DNA from: Steroidobacteraceae bacterium
Lineage (GTDB): Bacteria; Pseudomonadota; Gammaproteobacteria; Steroidobacterales; Steroidobacteraceae
Direction: 5' to 3'
Length of the DNA: 64,000 nucleotides
Assembly: GCA_041395505.1 (NCBI GenBank)
Contig: JAWLAG010000002.1
Span: 555,556 to 619,555, forward strand
A program made the position numbers and the translations under genes. Shown one piece after another: positions 29,490 to 39,586 of the stretch. How positions within the stretch are numbered: the stretch's first letter is position 1; each line of letters opens with the position of its first letter. The notes below the pieces were generated by a model. It did no database searches. It worked only from the letters and a program-made list of their open reading frames with translations, and was not told the DNA's origin.

Positions 29490-30041
29490 ATGCGGCCATC
29501 GATTTCCTCCGCAACGCTGGCGCTCATCGCCCTGGGTTTCGCTGCTTTGGCTCATCCGCAGAGTCCGCCCACGCCCGAAAAGCGCTGTCAGGACCCGGTA
29601 TTTCACCAGTTCGATTTCTGGCTGGGAGACTGGGACGTCTCCACCCCGGAGGGCGAACTCGCGGGCCATAACAGTATTTCCCGCGAGGAATACGGCTGCC
29701 TGCTCGTCGAGCACTGGACTTCCGCCAATGGTGTCACCGGCCAGAGCTACAACTTCGTCGACCGCGTTACGGGCCGTTGGCGTCAGATCTGGGTATCGGC
29801 TGGCGCGACCATCGATTACCAGGGTGGACTCGATGACCGGGGCCGCATGCGGCTCGAGGGAACGATCGGTTATCCGCCGGACAATCCGGCGAATGGCGCG
29901 CGCTTTCGCGGTACCTGGACGGCGAACGACGACGGCAGCGTCAGGCAGCACTTCGAACAATTCGATGCGGCAAAGGGTGAATGGACCGATTGGTTCGTCG
30001 GCATTTACCGCAAGCGCGACCCGTCATCGGCGCCGCGATAA
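29490..30041 (+). CDS. Hypothetical secreted protein
   Basis: GGAGG Shine-Dalgarno 7 nt upstream. Signal peptide MRPSISSATLALIALGFAALAHP. Trp-rich small beta-type protein, no recognisable domain. Confidence 0.5.
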   Translation: MRPSISSATLALIALGFAALAHPQSPPTPEKRCQDPVFHQFDFWLGDWDVSTPEGELAGHNSISREEYGCLLVEHWTSANGVTGQSYNFVDRVTGRWRQIWVSAGATIDYQGGLDDRGRMRLEGTIGYPPDNPANGARFRGTWTANDDGSVRQHFEQFDAAKGEWTDWFVGIYRKRDPSSAPR

Positions 30042-31255
30042 GCATCGGGGTAGCGTCCCAGCAGCAGGAACAGCAGCGCGACCCCGAGTATGCACGACGC
30101 AACGATCCGCAATCCCGGCGTATAGCTGCCGGTCCAGTCGCGCATCGCCGCAAACGCCGGCACCAGCACGCCCGGTCCCAACGCGAAAGCAACGAACAAG
30201 GCGCCATAGATGCGACCGAATTCGCGCACCCCGAAATAGCGCGACGCCATGTAGGCCATGAGATCCACCTCGGCTCCTGCGGCGAGGCCGGCCAGTACGA
30301 TCAGGCCAACCGTAACGACCAGTGGTTGTGGCGCGCCACTCAATAGCCAGAGTCCAAGCGCCGAGGGCAGGAAAAAGCTGAACGCCACGGCGGGTGCCCA
30401 ATAGCGATCCACCAGCATGCCGACGCCAATGCGGCCGATGATCACCGCGAGGCCAAATGAGCCGGCTATCGATGCCGCACTGACCGGCGCGAAGCCCTTC
30501 TCGATGAGGATGGGTGGAAAATTGTTGAGCACTCCGGTAATTGCGCCGGAGTAGGCGAAGAAGCCGACGCACATGATCCAGAACCGATAGTCGCGCATGG
30601 CCGCAAGCAGGCTGTGTCCGGCAACCGCGCGCCGTTCGACACCACCGCGTTGCGGTGAATCGTGCAGCCACAGGAAGCTCGCTGGCAGAGCAAGGCACAG
30701 GGGAAGCGCCGCGATCGCGTAATAGCCAACGCGCCAGCCGTGATGTTCGACGACCCAGGCGAAATACGGCTGGAAGACGAAACTCGCGACACCGGTGCCT
30801 GACAGCGCGATGCCCAGCGCAAGCCCGCGGTTGCGATCGAAGCGTGCCGCGAGCAATCGCGTGAAGGGCACCGCCAGCGTACCGCCGGAGGCGAAGGCCA
30901 TCAGGAAGTAGATGAGGTAGAAGTCGGTCAGCGATTGCGTGAGCGCGCCGAGCAGGATCAGGCCGATTCCAAAGCTCGCCTGCGAAATCAGCACCGGAAT
31001 GCGCGCCCCGATCCTGTCGACGAGAATGCCGATCACGATCGACATGATCACCACGGCGACCGTCACCACCGGCTGGACGGTCATGATTTCCTGTGTGCTC
31101 CAGCCGAACTGCGCCTGGAGCGGCTTGAGCACGACACCAATCGAATAGGGCAGCCCCAGCGTCGCAATGCCGCAGGCCAACCCGAGCACGCTTGCGATCA
31201 GCGGGCCGATCTGGCCCGCGAATTCACTTCGCGCGGGTGGGCTCGGCATCGCCAC
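30005..31255 (-). CDS. MFS transporter
   Basis: 12 predicted TM helices. MFS motif GILVDRIGAR between TM2 and TM3. Confidence 0.8.
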   Translation of the reverse strand: MAMPSPPARSEFAGQIGPLIASVLGLACGIATLGLPYSIGVVLKPLQAQFGWSTQEIMTVQPVVTVAVVIMSIVIGILVDRIGARIPVLISQASFGIGLILLGALTQSLTDFYLIYFLMAFASGGTLAVPFTRLLAARFDRNRGLALGIALSGTGVASFVFQPYFAWVVEHHGWRVGYYAIAALPLCLALPASFLWLHDSPQRGGVERRAVAGHSLLAAMRDYRFWIMCVGFFAYSGAITGVLNNFPPILIEKGFAPVSAASIAGSFGLAVIIGRIGVGMLVDRYWAPAVAFSFFLPSALGLWLLSGAPQPLVVTVGLIVLAGLAAGAEVDLMAYMASRYFGVREFGRIYGALFVAFALGPGVLVPAFAAMRDWTGSYTPGLRIVASCILGVALLFLLLGRYPDAYRGADDGSRLR

Positions 31256-32777
31256 GCGGCGGCTCAGCGGGCTTCATGTCACCGAGATACTTCGGCAGTT
31301 CGATGCCGGCCATCGCGGCAACGTCATGCAACGGTGGCAGGCTCTTGATCAGGCCCGCCAGAAAATTCGCCGTATTGCTGCCATTGCCGGCCGCGGCCGA
31401 GTCCCACACCGTGACCTTGTCGATCTTGATGCTCTTGATCGCTTCGACCTGCATGGCAACGATCTGTTCGATCTTCTCCGTCATGAGGAGCGTTGCGGCC
31501 GCTCGCGCATCGTTGTTCGCGCTTTGCACCAATGATTGATAACCGTGGGCCTTGGCGGACAGCACCTGCTGTACGCCACGGGCCTCGGCTTCGTATTTCA
31601 TCAGGATGGCATCCGCTTCGCCCTTGGCGTGACGCCGTATCCGCTCGGCTTCCGCTTCGGCCGAAATTTCCACCTTCTGCTTTTCGATTTCCTGGCGAAC
31701 GACCTCAGCTGCCGTCAGCCGTTGCTGTTCCGCCTTGGCCTGTGCTTTCTGGATCTCGACTTCCGCCTCGAAGTGGGCAACCTGGCCGCGTCGATTGGCT
31801 TCCGCCTGCTGCACCGACAGTTCGGCATTCGCGCGGGCGATGTTCGCCTTGGCGGTATTCTCGCCCGAAATCGCCTCCGCCTCCTGCCCCTCGACGTATA
31901 CGCGTCTTTCGGCCTCGGCTTTTTTCTTGCCCTTCTCCGCCGTCGCCTCGTTCTCGGCAACCTTGATGGCCATGTCGCGATTGGCCGCTGCTTCGCCGAT
32001 GGTTGCCAGCGTCTCCTGCTGTTGCACGTAGACGCGACGATCGGCTTCCGCCTGTTTCTGGCCCTTGTCGGATTCGGCAACGTTCTGCGCAACGCGGATG
32101 GACTTCTCGCGCACTGCTTCCGCCTCGCCTATCGAACCCTTCTTGTCCTGCTCGGCGACGTCGATCTTCGCCTGGTTGATGGCCTCCGAAGCCGCCTTCT
32201 TGCCGATGCTCTCGATGTAACCGGATTCGTCGGTGATGTCGGTGACATTGACGTTGATGAGGTACAGACCGACTTTGTTGAGCTCTGGCGCCACATTGCG
32301 GCGGATGGCGTCGAGGAATTTTTCGCGATCCTGATTGATCTGCTCGATGGTCAGCGACGCGACCGTAAGGCGCAGCTGACCGAAGATGATCTCCTTGGCC
32401 ATGCTCTCTATTGCATCCTGATCGAGGTTCAGCATGCGCTCCGCGGCATTGTTCATGATGGCGGGTTCTGTGCTGATGCCGACCGTGAAGGTGCAAGGCA
32501 CGTTGATGCGAATGTTCTGCAGCGATAGCGCCTTGGTGAGCGGGATGCCGATGGTCATCGGCGTAAGGCTCATGTAGGTGTAATCCTGGATCAACGGCCA
32601 GATAAAGGCGCCTCCGCCATGAATACAGCGTGCCGACTGGCCCGCTCCGACCTTGCCGTAGACGACCAGGATCTTGTCCGACGGGCAGCGCTTGTAACGC
32701 GCGGCCAGGAAGGTGATCGAAACGATCACCAGCAGGAACAACGCAATTATAGGTAACAGTGATTCGGCGAGCGGCAT
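31224..32777 (-). CDS. yqiK: Flotillin-like SPFH/band-7 protein (YqiK family)
   Basis: N-terminal TM, SPFH domain, then long Ala/Glu-rich coiled coil (EAEAERRVYV.. repeats) typical of bacterial flotillins. Confidence 0.85.
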   Translation of the reverse strand: MPLAESLLPIIALFLLVIVSITFLAARYKRCPSDKILVVYGKVGAGQSARCIHGGGAFIWPLIQDYTYMSLTPMTIGIPLTKALSLQNIRINVPCTFTVGISTEPAIMNNAAERMLNLDQDAIESMAKEIIFGQLRLTVASLTIEQINQDREKFLDAIRRNVAPELNKVGLYLINVNVTDITDESGYIESIGKKAASEAINQAKIDVAEQDKKGSIGEAEAVREKSIRVAQNVAESDKGQKQAEADRRVYVQQQETLATIGEAAANRDMAIKVAENEATAEKGKKKAEAERRVYVEGQEAEAISGENTAKANIARANAELSVQQAEANRRGQVAHFEAEVEIQKAQAKAEQQRLTAAEVVRQEIEKQKVEISAEAEAERIRRHAKGEADAILMKYEAEARGVQQVLSAKAHGYQSLVQSANNDARAAATLLMTEKIEQIVAMQVEAIKSIKIDKVTVWDSAAAGNGSNTANFLAGLIKSLPPLHDVAAMAGIELPKYLGDMKPAEPPRGDAEPTRAK

Positions 32778-32812
32778 GGTATTTACCTCAGTGGCAGGGA
32801 CACCGTGATTGA

Positions 32813-33370
32813 TCAGTCAAGCGGTACAACGACGAGCTTGCCAGCCGCTATTCGTTCGACCCGCACACGCGTACCGGACGTCAGGGTCGTGTCGGTTGCG
32901 CTTACTGCCTCGTACTCCCGCAGCCGATTGGCGACCAGGATCTGCACACTGCCGCCCGCTCTGGTTACGTTGGTATAGGCCGTACCCTCGGCGCCTACGG
33001 CGTCGCTCATCGCGACCGTACCGCTCGATTGCAGCCGCAACATGCCGAGGAAGATCCGCTGCATCAGCCATACCGATGCGAGACCCGCGCCAATTGCCAG
33101 AATGATGGCCGCCAATACGCCCCAGGTGGTGTTGCGGTAGAGCGCGAAACCAACCAGGCCGAACATGGTGAGAAACGATGACAGCCCCTGGATCGTCAGG
33201 AACTGGAAGCCGGAATCGCTGGAAAGATGGGGCGCGTCGAAATCCGATCCGTCGTGATCGAGCCCCGCGATCGCGAGCAACACCCGCGTCAGGAGCATGA
33301 CGCCGCCAACGATCGCGCAACCCAGGAACAGCTTCTCTACGGAATCAAACTGCTGAAACCAGGCCCACAT
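32813..33370 (-). CDS. yqiJ: NfeD/YqiJ-family membrane protein
   Basis: MWAWFQQFDSVEKLFLGCAIVGGVMLL.. hydrophobic N-terminal half and C-terminal OB-fold-like domain. Sits directly upstream of the flotillin gene (classical nfeD-flotillin pair). GGAG in the upstream region. Confidence 0.7.
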   Translation of the reverse strand: MWAWFQQFDSVEKLFLGCAIVGGVMLLTRVLLAIAGLDHDGSDFDAPHLSSDSGFQFLTIQGLSSFLTMFGLVGFALYRNTTWGVLAAIILAIGAGLASVWLMQRIFLGMLRLQSSGTVAMSDAVGAEGTAYTNVTRAGGSVQILVANRLREYEAVSATDTTLTSGTRVRVERIAAGKLVVVPLD

Positions 33371-33510
33371 CTTGGACTCCTCAGGAGGACAGGCTGCGGC
33401 TTCGCTGCGCGCGGCAATCCGTTGTTGTTCAATTGTACCGAGGCCTGCCGACAACAGTAGCCGTCGCCGGGCGCAACCGCAAGAGCCTCACGGCCAGGCG
33501 ATCGCAGCAC

Positions 33511-36012
33511 TCAGCTGCGCCGGCGCGCTCCCCTCGTTGGTGTTGCGGCGAGCGGATCTTCCGGCCAGGCATGGCGCGGATAGCGACCGCGCATTTCCTT
33601 CCTGACGTCGAAGTAGCCAGAGCGCCAGAATCCCGCGAGATCCCGCGTGATCTGGATTGGCCGCTGGGCGGGCGAGAGCAATACAAAGCCCAAGGGACAG
33701 GTCCCTCCCGCGAGCCGCGGGCCTGCCTCGAGTCCGAACAACTCCTGCAGCCGCAGCGCAACGACCGGTTGCTCCGGGTCGGAGTAGTCAATGGCACTGC
33801 GCGAGCCCGTCGGTGCCAGGAAATGCGTTGGCGCGAGGCTGTCCATGCGCGCAGACAACTCCGGTCCGATCAAACTCTGCAATGCGCTTTTGAGTGGCAC
33901 TTGCGCGAGATGGGCAGCGCGCGTCATGCCGTCGAGCCAGGGCGCCAGCCACTCGCCGAGCGTATGCCGCAACGACGTGTCGCTGACATCGGGCCAGCCG
34001 TCGTCGGCACGATGGCGCCGAAGAAATGCGACCCGCGCCTGCCACTGCCGAAGTGCGGGGGTCCATGGCAAAGCGCCGACGCCCAACTGGCGCAGCCCGT
34101 CCAGCATCGCTGCGAGAACTTCATCGCCTGCGGGCGCATCGAGCTTGCGCTCCTCGAGCGTGAGTGCATCCAGACGGACCTCGGCGCGCGCGACAACCAT
34201 CTGTTGTTCACGATCCCAGCGCACGATCTGGCGCTCTGTGATGCGCTCGCGATGCCAGCTGCGAAGCATGGCCTCTGAAAGCGGCGCAGCCAGCCGGATC
34301 CCGGCGTCGGCGCCGCCACCGTCGAGCTCGACTGCGACGAGATACTCGTTTCGCGCAATGCTCTGAGCCGGCGGCAGGCTCGCGCCACGGCCGCTCGCGA
34401 GGAGATAGCGGCTGGCGGATCCGTCGCGACGACGTGCGATGCGATCCGGAAAGGCGAGCGACAGTAGTGCGCCCGTGGCGTCGCCAGCCGCCGCTGGCAT
34501 GGCGGCCGTCTCATGGGCGCCGAGCCTACGCAGCAGGCGTTGGCTCTGTTGACGCAGCTCGGCGGCACGATTGCGGCGATGCCACTCGAGTACAACGCCG
34601 ATGTCAGTGCGCACGTGCGCGTCGATTTGCCGGTTGCCGCGCCGATCCATCTCGAGCAATGCGGCGAGTTCCGCGCCGAGCGGCGCGTCGCCGCGTGACG
34701 CGGCCTCCAGCATCATGTGTGCGAGGCGCGGATGAGCGCCCGAATGCGCAGCGTTACGTCCGTGCACGGTAATCCGGCCACGCGAGTCGACCATGCCGAG
34801 GCCGGCGAGCAGGTCCATCGCGGCCGCCAGTTGCGCGGGCGGCGGGACGTCGACCCAGTCGAGGCGTGATGGATCGTCAACGCCCCACAACAGCAGCTCC
34901 AGCGCCAACGGCGTCAGGTCGGCTACCGCAATCTCCGGTGCGGTCTGTGCCGCAAGCGTCTGCTGGGCACCGGCACTCCACATGCGATAGCACACACCGT
35001 CGGCAACGCGGCCCGCGCGTCCGGCACGTTGTGTCGCAGCGGCTTGCGAGATGCGCTCGGTGTGCAACCGCCCCATGCCGCTCGCCGGATCGAAGATCAT
35101 GCGACGCACGAGGCCGCAGTCGACGACCGCGCCGATTCCCGGGATGGTCAGGCTGGTCTGGGCAATGTTGGTGGCCAGGATGATGCGCCGAGCCGTACCG
35201 CTCCTCTCGAGTACTCGATCCTGCGCCTCGGTGTCGAGTTCGCCGTACAACGGCAGCACCAGCGCCTCGGCGGCAAACGGTGCATCGCCGAGGGCATTCT
35301 GCAATGCGCGAATCTCGCCGCCGCCTGGCAGGAAGACCAGCACGTCGCCCGCGGTTTCCCGCCATGCCTGCCCCACCGCGGACTGCAACGCGCGCATGAA
35401 CAAGGGCCAGTCATCGGTGGGCAGCGGCAACGCAGTGCCGACGTATCGCATCGCGACCTCGTACTCCTGCAGCGTCGATTCAATGACTTCTGCGTCGGGC
35501 AGAATTCGGCGCAGCGCCGCCAGGGCGAGCGTCGCCGACATGACCACGATGCGAAGATCGGTTGCAAGCTCTCGCCTGGCATCGAGCGCAAGTGCAAGCG
35601 CTAGATCGCATTGCAGGCTTCGTTCGTGAAATTCATCGAACAGCACCGCCGCCACGCCTTCCAGCGCCGGGTCGGTCTGCAGCATGCGGGTCAGCACACC
35701 CTCGGTAACGACTTCGATGCGCGTGTCCTTGCCGACCCGCGTGTCCAGGCGCGTGCGATAACCGATTTGGCCGCCGAGCGGTACGCGCAGGAGCCGGGCC
35801 ATACGCGCGGCCAGCGAACGGGCGGCCAATCGCCTCGGTTCCAGCATGATGATGCGCCGCCCCTTGGCCCAGGGTTCGCCCAGCAGCGCGAGGGGCACCA
35901 GCGTGCTCTTGCCGGCACCCGGTGGCGCCACCAGGATTGCCGATGCCGAGCGCCGCAACGCCGCGCCGATCGCAGGCAAGGATGCGGTTATGGGCAGTTC
36001 GGGCAAGAGCAT
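33511..36012 (-). CDS. hrpB: ATP-dependent RNA helicase HrpB (DEAH-box)
   Basis: Walker A VAPPGAGKST, DEFHER box, SATL, HA2 and HrpB C-terminal domains. 833 aa. Confidence 0.9.
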   Translation of the reverse strand: MLLPELPITASLPAIGAALRRSASAILVAPPGAGKSTLVPLALLGEPWAKGRRIIMLEPRRLAARSLAARMARLLRVPLGGQIGYRTRLDTRVGKDTRIEVVTEGVLTRMLQTDPALEGVAAVLFDEFHERSLQCDLALALALDARRELATDLRIVVMSATLALAALRRILPDAEVIESTLQEYEVAMRYVGTALPLPTDDWPLFMRALQSAVGQAWRETAGDVLVFLPGGGEIRALQNALGDAPFAAEALVLPLYGELDTEAQDRVLERSGTARRIILATNIAQTSLTIPGIGAVVDCGLVRRMIFDPASGMGRLHTERISQAAATQRAGRAGRVADGVCYRMWSAGAQQTLAAQTAPEIAVADLTPLALELLLWGVDDPSRLDWVDVPPPAQLAAAMDLLAGLGMVDSRGRITVHGRNAAHSGAHPRLAHMMLEAASRGDAPLGAELAALLEMDRRGNRQIDAHVRTDIGVVLEWHRRNRAAELRQQSQRLLRRLGAHETAAMPAAAGDATGALLSLAFPDRIARRRDGSASRYLLASGRGASLPPAQSIARNEYLVAVELDGGGADAGIRLAAPLSEAMLRSWHRERITERQIVRWDREQQMVVARAEVRLDALTLEERKLDAPAGDEVLAAMLDGLRQLGVGALPWTPALRQWQARVAFLRRHRADDGWPDVSDTSLRHTLGEWLAPWLDGMTRAAHLAQVPLKSALQSLIGPELSARMDSLAPTHFLAPTGSRSAIDYSDPEQPVVALRLQELFGLEAGPRLAGGTCPLGFVLLSPAQRPIQITRDLAGFWRSGYFDVRKEMRGRYPRHAWPEDPLAATPTRGARRRS

Positions 36013-36117
36013 GGGTGTTTTCGCATCGCCAACCGATCGCCCTTCTCTAACGGCAATCGTCGTCTGCTAGTATGCTGCGACTACGATAATAAACAGGGCA
36101 GTTCCAAGGAGCGAGTC

Positions 36118-36978
36118 ATGCGCACCGACCAGAGTCGACGGAGCGAGAACATCGAGGACTACCGGGGCCGGCGCTTTGGCGGCAAACCGGCCGGCATTGG
36201 CATCGGCGGCATATTGATCGCGCTGGCGCTCGCCTATTTCTTCAACATCGATCCGCGCACCGTGCTCGGCATGCAGCAGGCCGCAAGGCAGATGACTCAG
36301 CCACAGGGCGGCGAGGCAGACGGTCCGCCGGTGGTCGGCGCGCCCACCGACGCTGCCGCCGATTTCGTTGCGGCGGTACTTGGCGATACCGAGGACACCT
36401 GGGGCGAGATTTTCCAGGCAGCAGGCGAGCGTTATCCGCCACCGAAGCTGGTGTTGTTCAGCGAACAGGTATCGACCGGCTGCGGATTCGCAACTTCGGG
36501 CGCAGGGCCTTTCTATTGCCCCGCCGACCAGAAAGTCTATATCGATCTCAGTTTTTACGACCAGCTCGAGCGGGAATTCCAGGCGCCCGGCGATTTTGCG
36601 CGCGCCTATGTGCTCGCACACGAGGTCGGCCACCACGTGCAGACCATCATCGGTACCTCCGCCAAGGTCCGGGCGGCGCAGCAACGCGGCGACCAGGAAC
36701 AGGCCAACCAGTTGCAGGTGCGCATGGAACTGCAGGCCGATTGCTACGCCGGAATCTGGGCGAATCACGCCAATCGTTCCCGACAGATCCTCGAAGAGGG
36801 CGACATCGAGGAGGGTTTGCAGGCAGCCTCTGCGGTCGGCGATGACACCATTCAACGGCGCGTGCAGGGCCACGTTGTGCCGGAATCATTCACGCATGGC
36901 AGTGCGCGCCAGCGTATGGAGTGGTTCCAGCGCGGATTGCAGTCGGGATCCATGGACGCCTGCAACACGTTTCAATAG
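36118..36978 (+). CDS. Putative neutral zinc metallopeptidase (YpfJ-like)
   Basis: N-terminal TM (GIGIGGILIALALAYFF). HEVGHHVQ zinc-binding motif. Family resemblance to YpfJ/KPN-type Zn metalloproteases. The long upstream ORF extension from 35611 is antisense to hrpB and is rejected. Confidence 0.8.
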   Translation: MRTDQSRRSENIEDYRGRRFGGKPAGIGIGGILIALALAYFFNIDPRTVLGMQQAARQMTQPQGGEADGPPVVGAPTDAAADFVAAVLGDTEDTWGEIFQAAGERYPPPKLVLFSEQVSTGCGFATSGAGPFYCPADQKVYIDLSFYDQLEREFQAPGDFARAYVLAHEVGHHVQTIIGTSAKVRAAQQRGDQEQANQLQVRMELQADCYAGIWANHANRSRQILEEGDIEEGLQAASAVGDDTIQRRVQGHVVPESFTHGSARQRMEWFQRGLQSGSMDACNTFQ

Positions 36979-36987
36979 CCAAGCGGC

Positions 36988-37410
36988 ATGACCGGTGATG
37001 AGCGTGAACTGTGGTCGGTGGTCGAGGGCATGTTCGCCGCATTCACGGACGGACGCACCCATGACATCGATTCGGCGCTCGCCGATGAGTGCACGGTCTG
37101 GGACGTATTCGAGCCCACGCTGATCCGCAGCCGCGCCGAGCGCGATGCGTTTCATGTTCGCGACCAGGCCCAGGCGCGGGCTCGCGGACCGTTGTCGCTG
37201 CGGCTCGAGCCGCTGCTGATCAGTCGCTTTGACGATTTCGGCATCGTTCGCTATCACGTGCACTTCGAATATGCGCAGCCGAATGCAACGGCTGGCCATG
37301 TGCGCGTCACGGATGTGCTGCGCCGCTGCGGGAAGCGATGGCAGATCGTGCACCATCACGAAGGCATGCGGCCCGCCGGACCGCCGCCATATACGCTGGC
37401 ACCTCAATAG
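36988..37410 (+). CDS. NTF2-like/SnoaL-like (DUF4440-type) small protein
   Basis: 140 aa, cone-shaped alpha+beta fold pattern with conserved Trp/Asp/His positions typical of NTF2-like proteins. Starts 10 bp after the upstream stop. Confidence 0.6.
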   Translation: MTGDERELWSVVEGMFAAFTDGRTHDIDSALADECTVWDVFEPTLIRSRAERDAFHVRDQAQARARGPLSLRLEPLLISRFDDFGIVRYHVHFEYAQPNATAGHVRVTDVLRRCGKRWQIVHHHEGMRPAGPPPYTLAPQ

Positions 37411-37456
37411 CGCCGGGATTGCGAGGGTCGGCGCGATCGCCGGACACACCGGAGCG

Positions 37457-39571
37457 TCAGCGCTGCGTTTTGCCGCGCGGAGCTGCGCTTTTCCTGCGCG
37501 TGTGCTGGGTCCGGAAAGGCCGGGCGTGACGGCCGCTGCGCCTGCCCTCGCCTTGCAATCCCGTGCCGGGTGGCTGATGCGCAGGTACCAGTTGATGTCT
37601 GCCATTGCCGATCAGGTCCGCGCGCCCCATGCGCCGCAGGGCCTCACGCAACATCGGCCAGTTCTGCGCATCGTGATAGCGCAGGAATGCCTTGTGCAGC
37701 CGGCGCACTTTGAGGCCTCGCGGCACATGAACTGCCTCGCTGTCGCGATGCACACGGTGCAGTGGATTCCTGCCCGTGTGGTACATGGCGGTCGCGGTCG
37801 CCATGGGGCCGGGCAGGAAGGCCTGCACCTGATCGGCGCGATAGCGATTCTTCTTGAGCCATAGCGCGAGCTCGAGCATATCCTCGTCCGTGGTACCGGG
37901 ATGGGCGGCGATGAAATACGGGATGAGATATTGCTTCTTGCCCGCCGCGGCGGAATATTTGTCGAACAGCTCCTTGAACCGGTAGTAGGTGCCGATACCG
38001 GGCTTCATCATCTTCGACAACGGCCCCTCGCCGATGGCTTCGGGCGCGATCTTCAGGTAACCGCCGACGTGATGCTGCGCGAGTTCGCGTACATATTGCG
38101 GTGACTCGGCCGCGAGGTCGTAGCGCACACCCGAGGCCACCAGCACTTTCTTGACGCCAGGCACCGCCCGCGCCTTGCGATACAAACCGATCAGCGCGGA
38201 ATGATCGGTATCGAGGTTGCTGCAGATGGCGGGATAGACGCACGAGGGCCGCCGGCAGGCGGACTCGATCTCGCGGCTCTTGCAGGCAAGACGGTACATG
38301 TTGGCGGTCGGTCCGCCGAGATCGGAGATCACGCCGGTGAACCCGGGTACGGTATCGCGTATCGTGCCGATCTCGCGTAACACCGACGCCTCGGAGCGAT
38401 TCTGGATGATGCGACCCTCGTGTTCGGTGATCGAGCAGAAGGTGCAGCCGCCGAAGCAGCCACGCTGGATCGCGACGGAGAAGCGAATCATCTTGTAGGC
38501 CGGAATGGCCGCCTTGCCGTAGGCCGGGTGCGGCCGGCGGGCGTACGGCAATTCGTAGACACCGTCCATTTCCGCCGTCGTGAGTGGCACCGGTGGCGGA
38601 TTGAGCCAGACATCGTTTTCGCCGTGGCGCTGGACCAGGGCGCGGGCATTGCCGGGATTGGATTCCAGGTGCAGGATGCGCGAGGCGTGCGCGTAAAGCA
38701 CGGGATCGGAGCCGACCTGCTCGAAGGATGGCAGGCGTATGACGACCCGTTCGCGCGGCACGGCTTTCACTTGCCGCTCGAAGCGTGCGACAGGCACGCC
38801 TTGCGGGCGCAGCGCGTAGGGGTCCGGGTGCGTCGGCAGCGCGCCTGGCGTGTCGAGGTGGGTGGAGTCGATTTCCGAATAGTCCGCGGCGCGCTCGCGG
38901 CGAACGAATGCCGTGCCACGCAGATTGGTTATCGAGCCAACCGGCTCCTGTGCCGCGAGCCGGTGCGCGAGATCGACGACCGCGCGCTCGGCGTTGCCAT
39001 ACAGCAGCAGGTCCGCCTTGGCATCGAGCAGCACGGAGCGACGAACCTTCTCCGACCAGTAATCGAAATGCGCGATCCGGCGCAGGGACGCTTCGATACC
39101 GCCGATTACGACCGGCACGTCGCCGTAGGCTTCACGGGCACGCTGTGCGTAGACGATTACCGCGCGGTCAGGTCGACGCCCGCCTTCGCCATCGGGACTG
39201 TAAGCATCGTCGCTGCGAAGACGCCGGTCGGCTGTATAGCGATTGACCATCGAGTCCATGTTGCCGGCGGTGATGCCGAAGAACAGATTGGGGCGCCCCA
39301 GCGCGCGAAATGGCTCCACGGTTCGCCAGTCGGGTTGCGCAATGATGCCAACGCGAAAACCTTGCGCCTCGAGCGTTCGGCCGATGATCGCCATGCCGAA
39401 GCTCGGGTGATCGACATAGGCATCGCCCGTCACGATGATGACATCGCAACTGTCCCAGCCGAGTTCATTCATTTCGGCCCGGGACATGGGCAGGAAGGGC
39501 GCCGTTCCAAAGCGCTCCGCCCAGTACTTGCGGTAGCTCGCAAGTGGCTGTGCACTTGGAACAGGGGCCAT
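37457..39571 (-). CDS. ygiQ: YgiQ-family (UPF0313) radical SAM protein
   Basis: N-terminal YgiQ-specific domain ([40 protein letters not shown]). Radical SAM core with CFGGCTFC. Basic C-terminal tail. Confidence 0.9.
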   Translation of the reverse strand: MAPVPSAQPLASYRKYWAERFGTAPFLPMSRAEMNELGWDSCDVIIVTGDAYVDHPSFGMAIIGRTLEAQGFRVGIIAQPDWRTVEPFRALGRPNLFFGITAGNMDSMVNRYTADRRLRSDDAYSPDGEGGRRPDRAVIVYAQRAREAYGDVPVVIGGIEASLRRIAHFDYWSEKVRRSVLLDAKADLLLYGNAERAVVDLAHRLAAQEPVGSITNLRGTAFVRRERAADYSEIDSTHLDTPGALPTHPDPYALRPQGVPVARFERQVKAVPRERVVIRLPSFEQVGSDPVLYAHASRILHLESNPGNARALVQRHGENDVWLNPPPVPLTTAEMDGVYELPYARRPHPAYGKAAIPAYKMIRFSVAIQRGCFGGCTFCSITEHEGRIIQNRSEASVLREIGTIRDTVPGFTGVISDLGGPTANMYRLACKSREIESACRRPSCVYPAICSNLDTDHSALIGLYRKARAVPGVKKVLVASGVRYDLAAESPQYVRELAQHHVGGYLKIAPEAIGEGPLSKMMKPGIGTYYRFKELFDKYSAAAGKKQYLIPYFIAAHPGTTDEDMLELALWLKKNRYRADQVQAFLPGPMATATAMYHTGRNPLHRVHRDSEAVHVPRGLKVRRLHKAFLRYHDAQNWPMLREALRRMGRADLIGNGRHQLVPAHQPPGTGLQGEGRRSGRHARPFRTQHTRRKSAAPRGKTQR

Positions 39572-39586
39572 GCTACGCCCCTGGCG

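Noticed and set aside
35611-36117. Upstream extension of the Zn-metallopeptidase ORF (35611..36978)
   Set aside because: The extension is antisense to hrpB. The TM helix and the family-typical start lie at the ATG at 36118, just after a non-coding gap.
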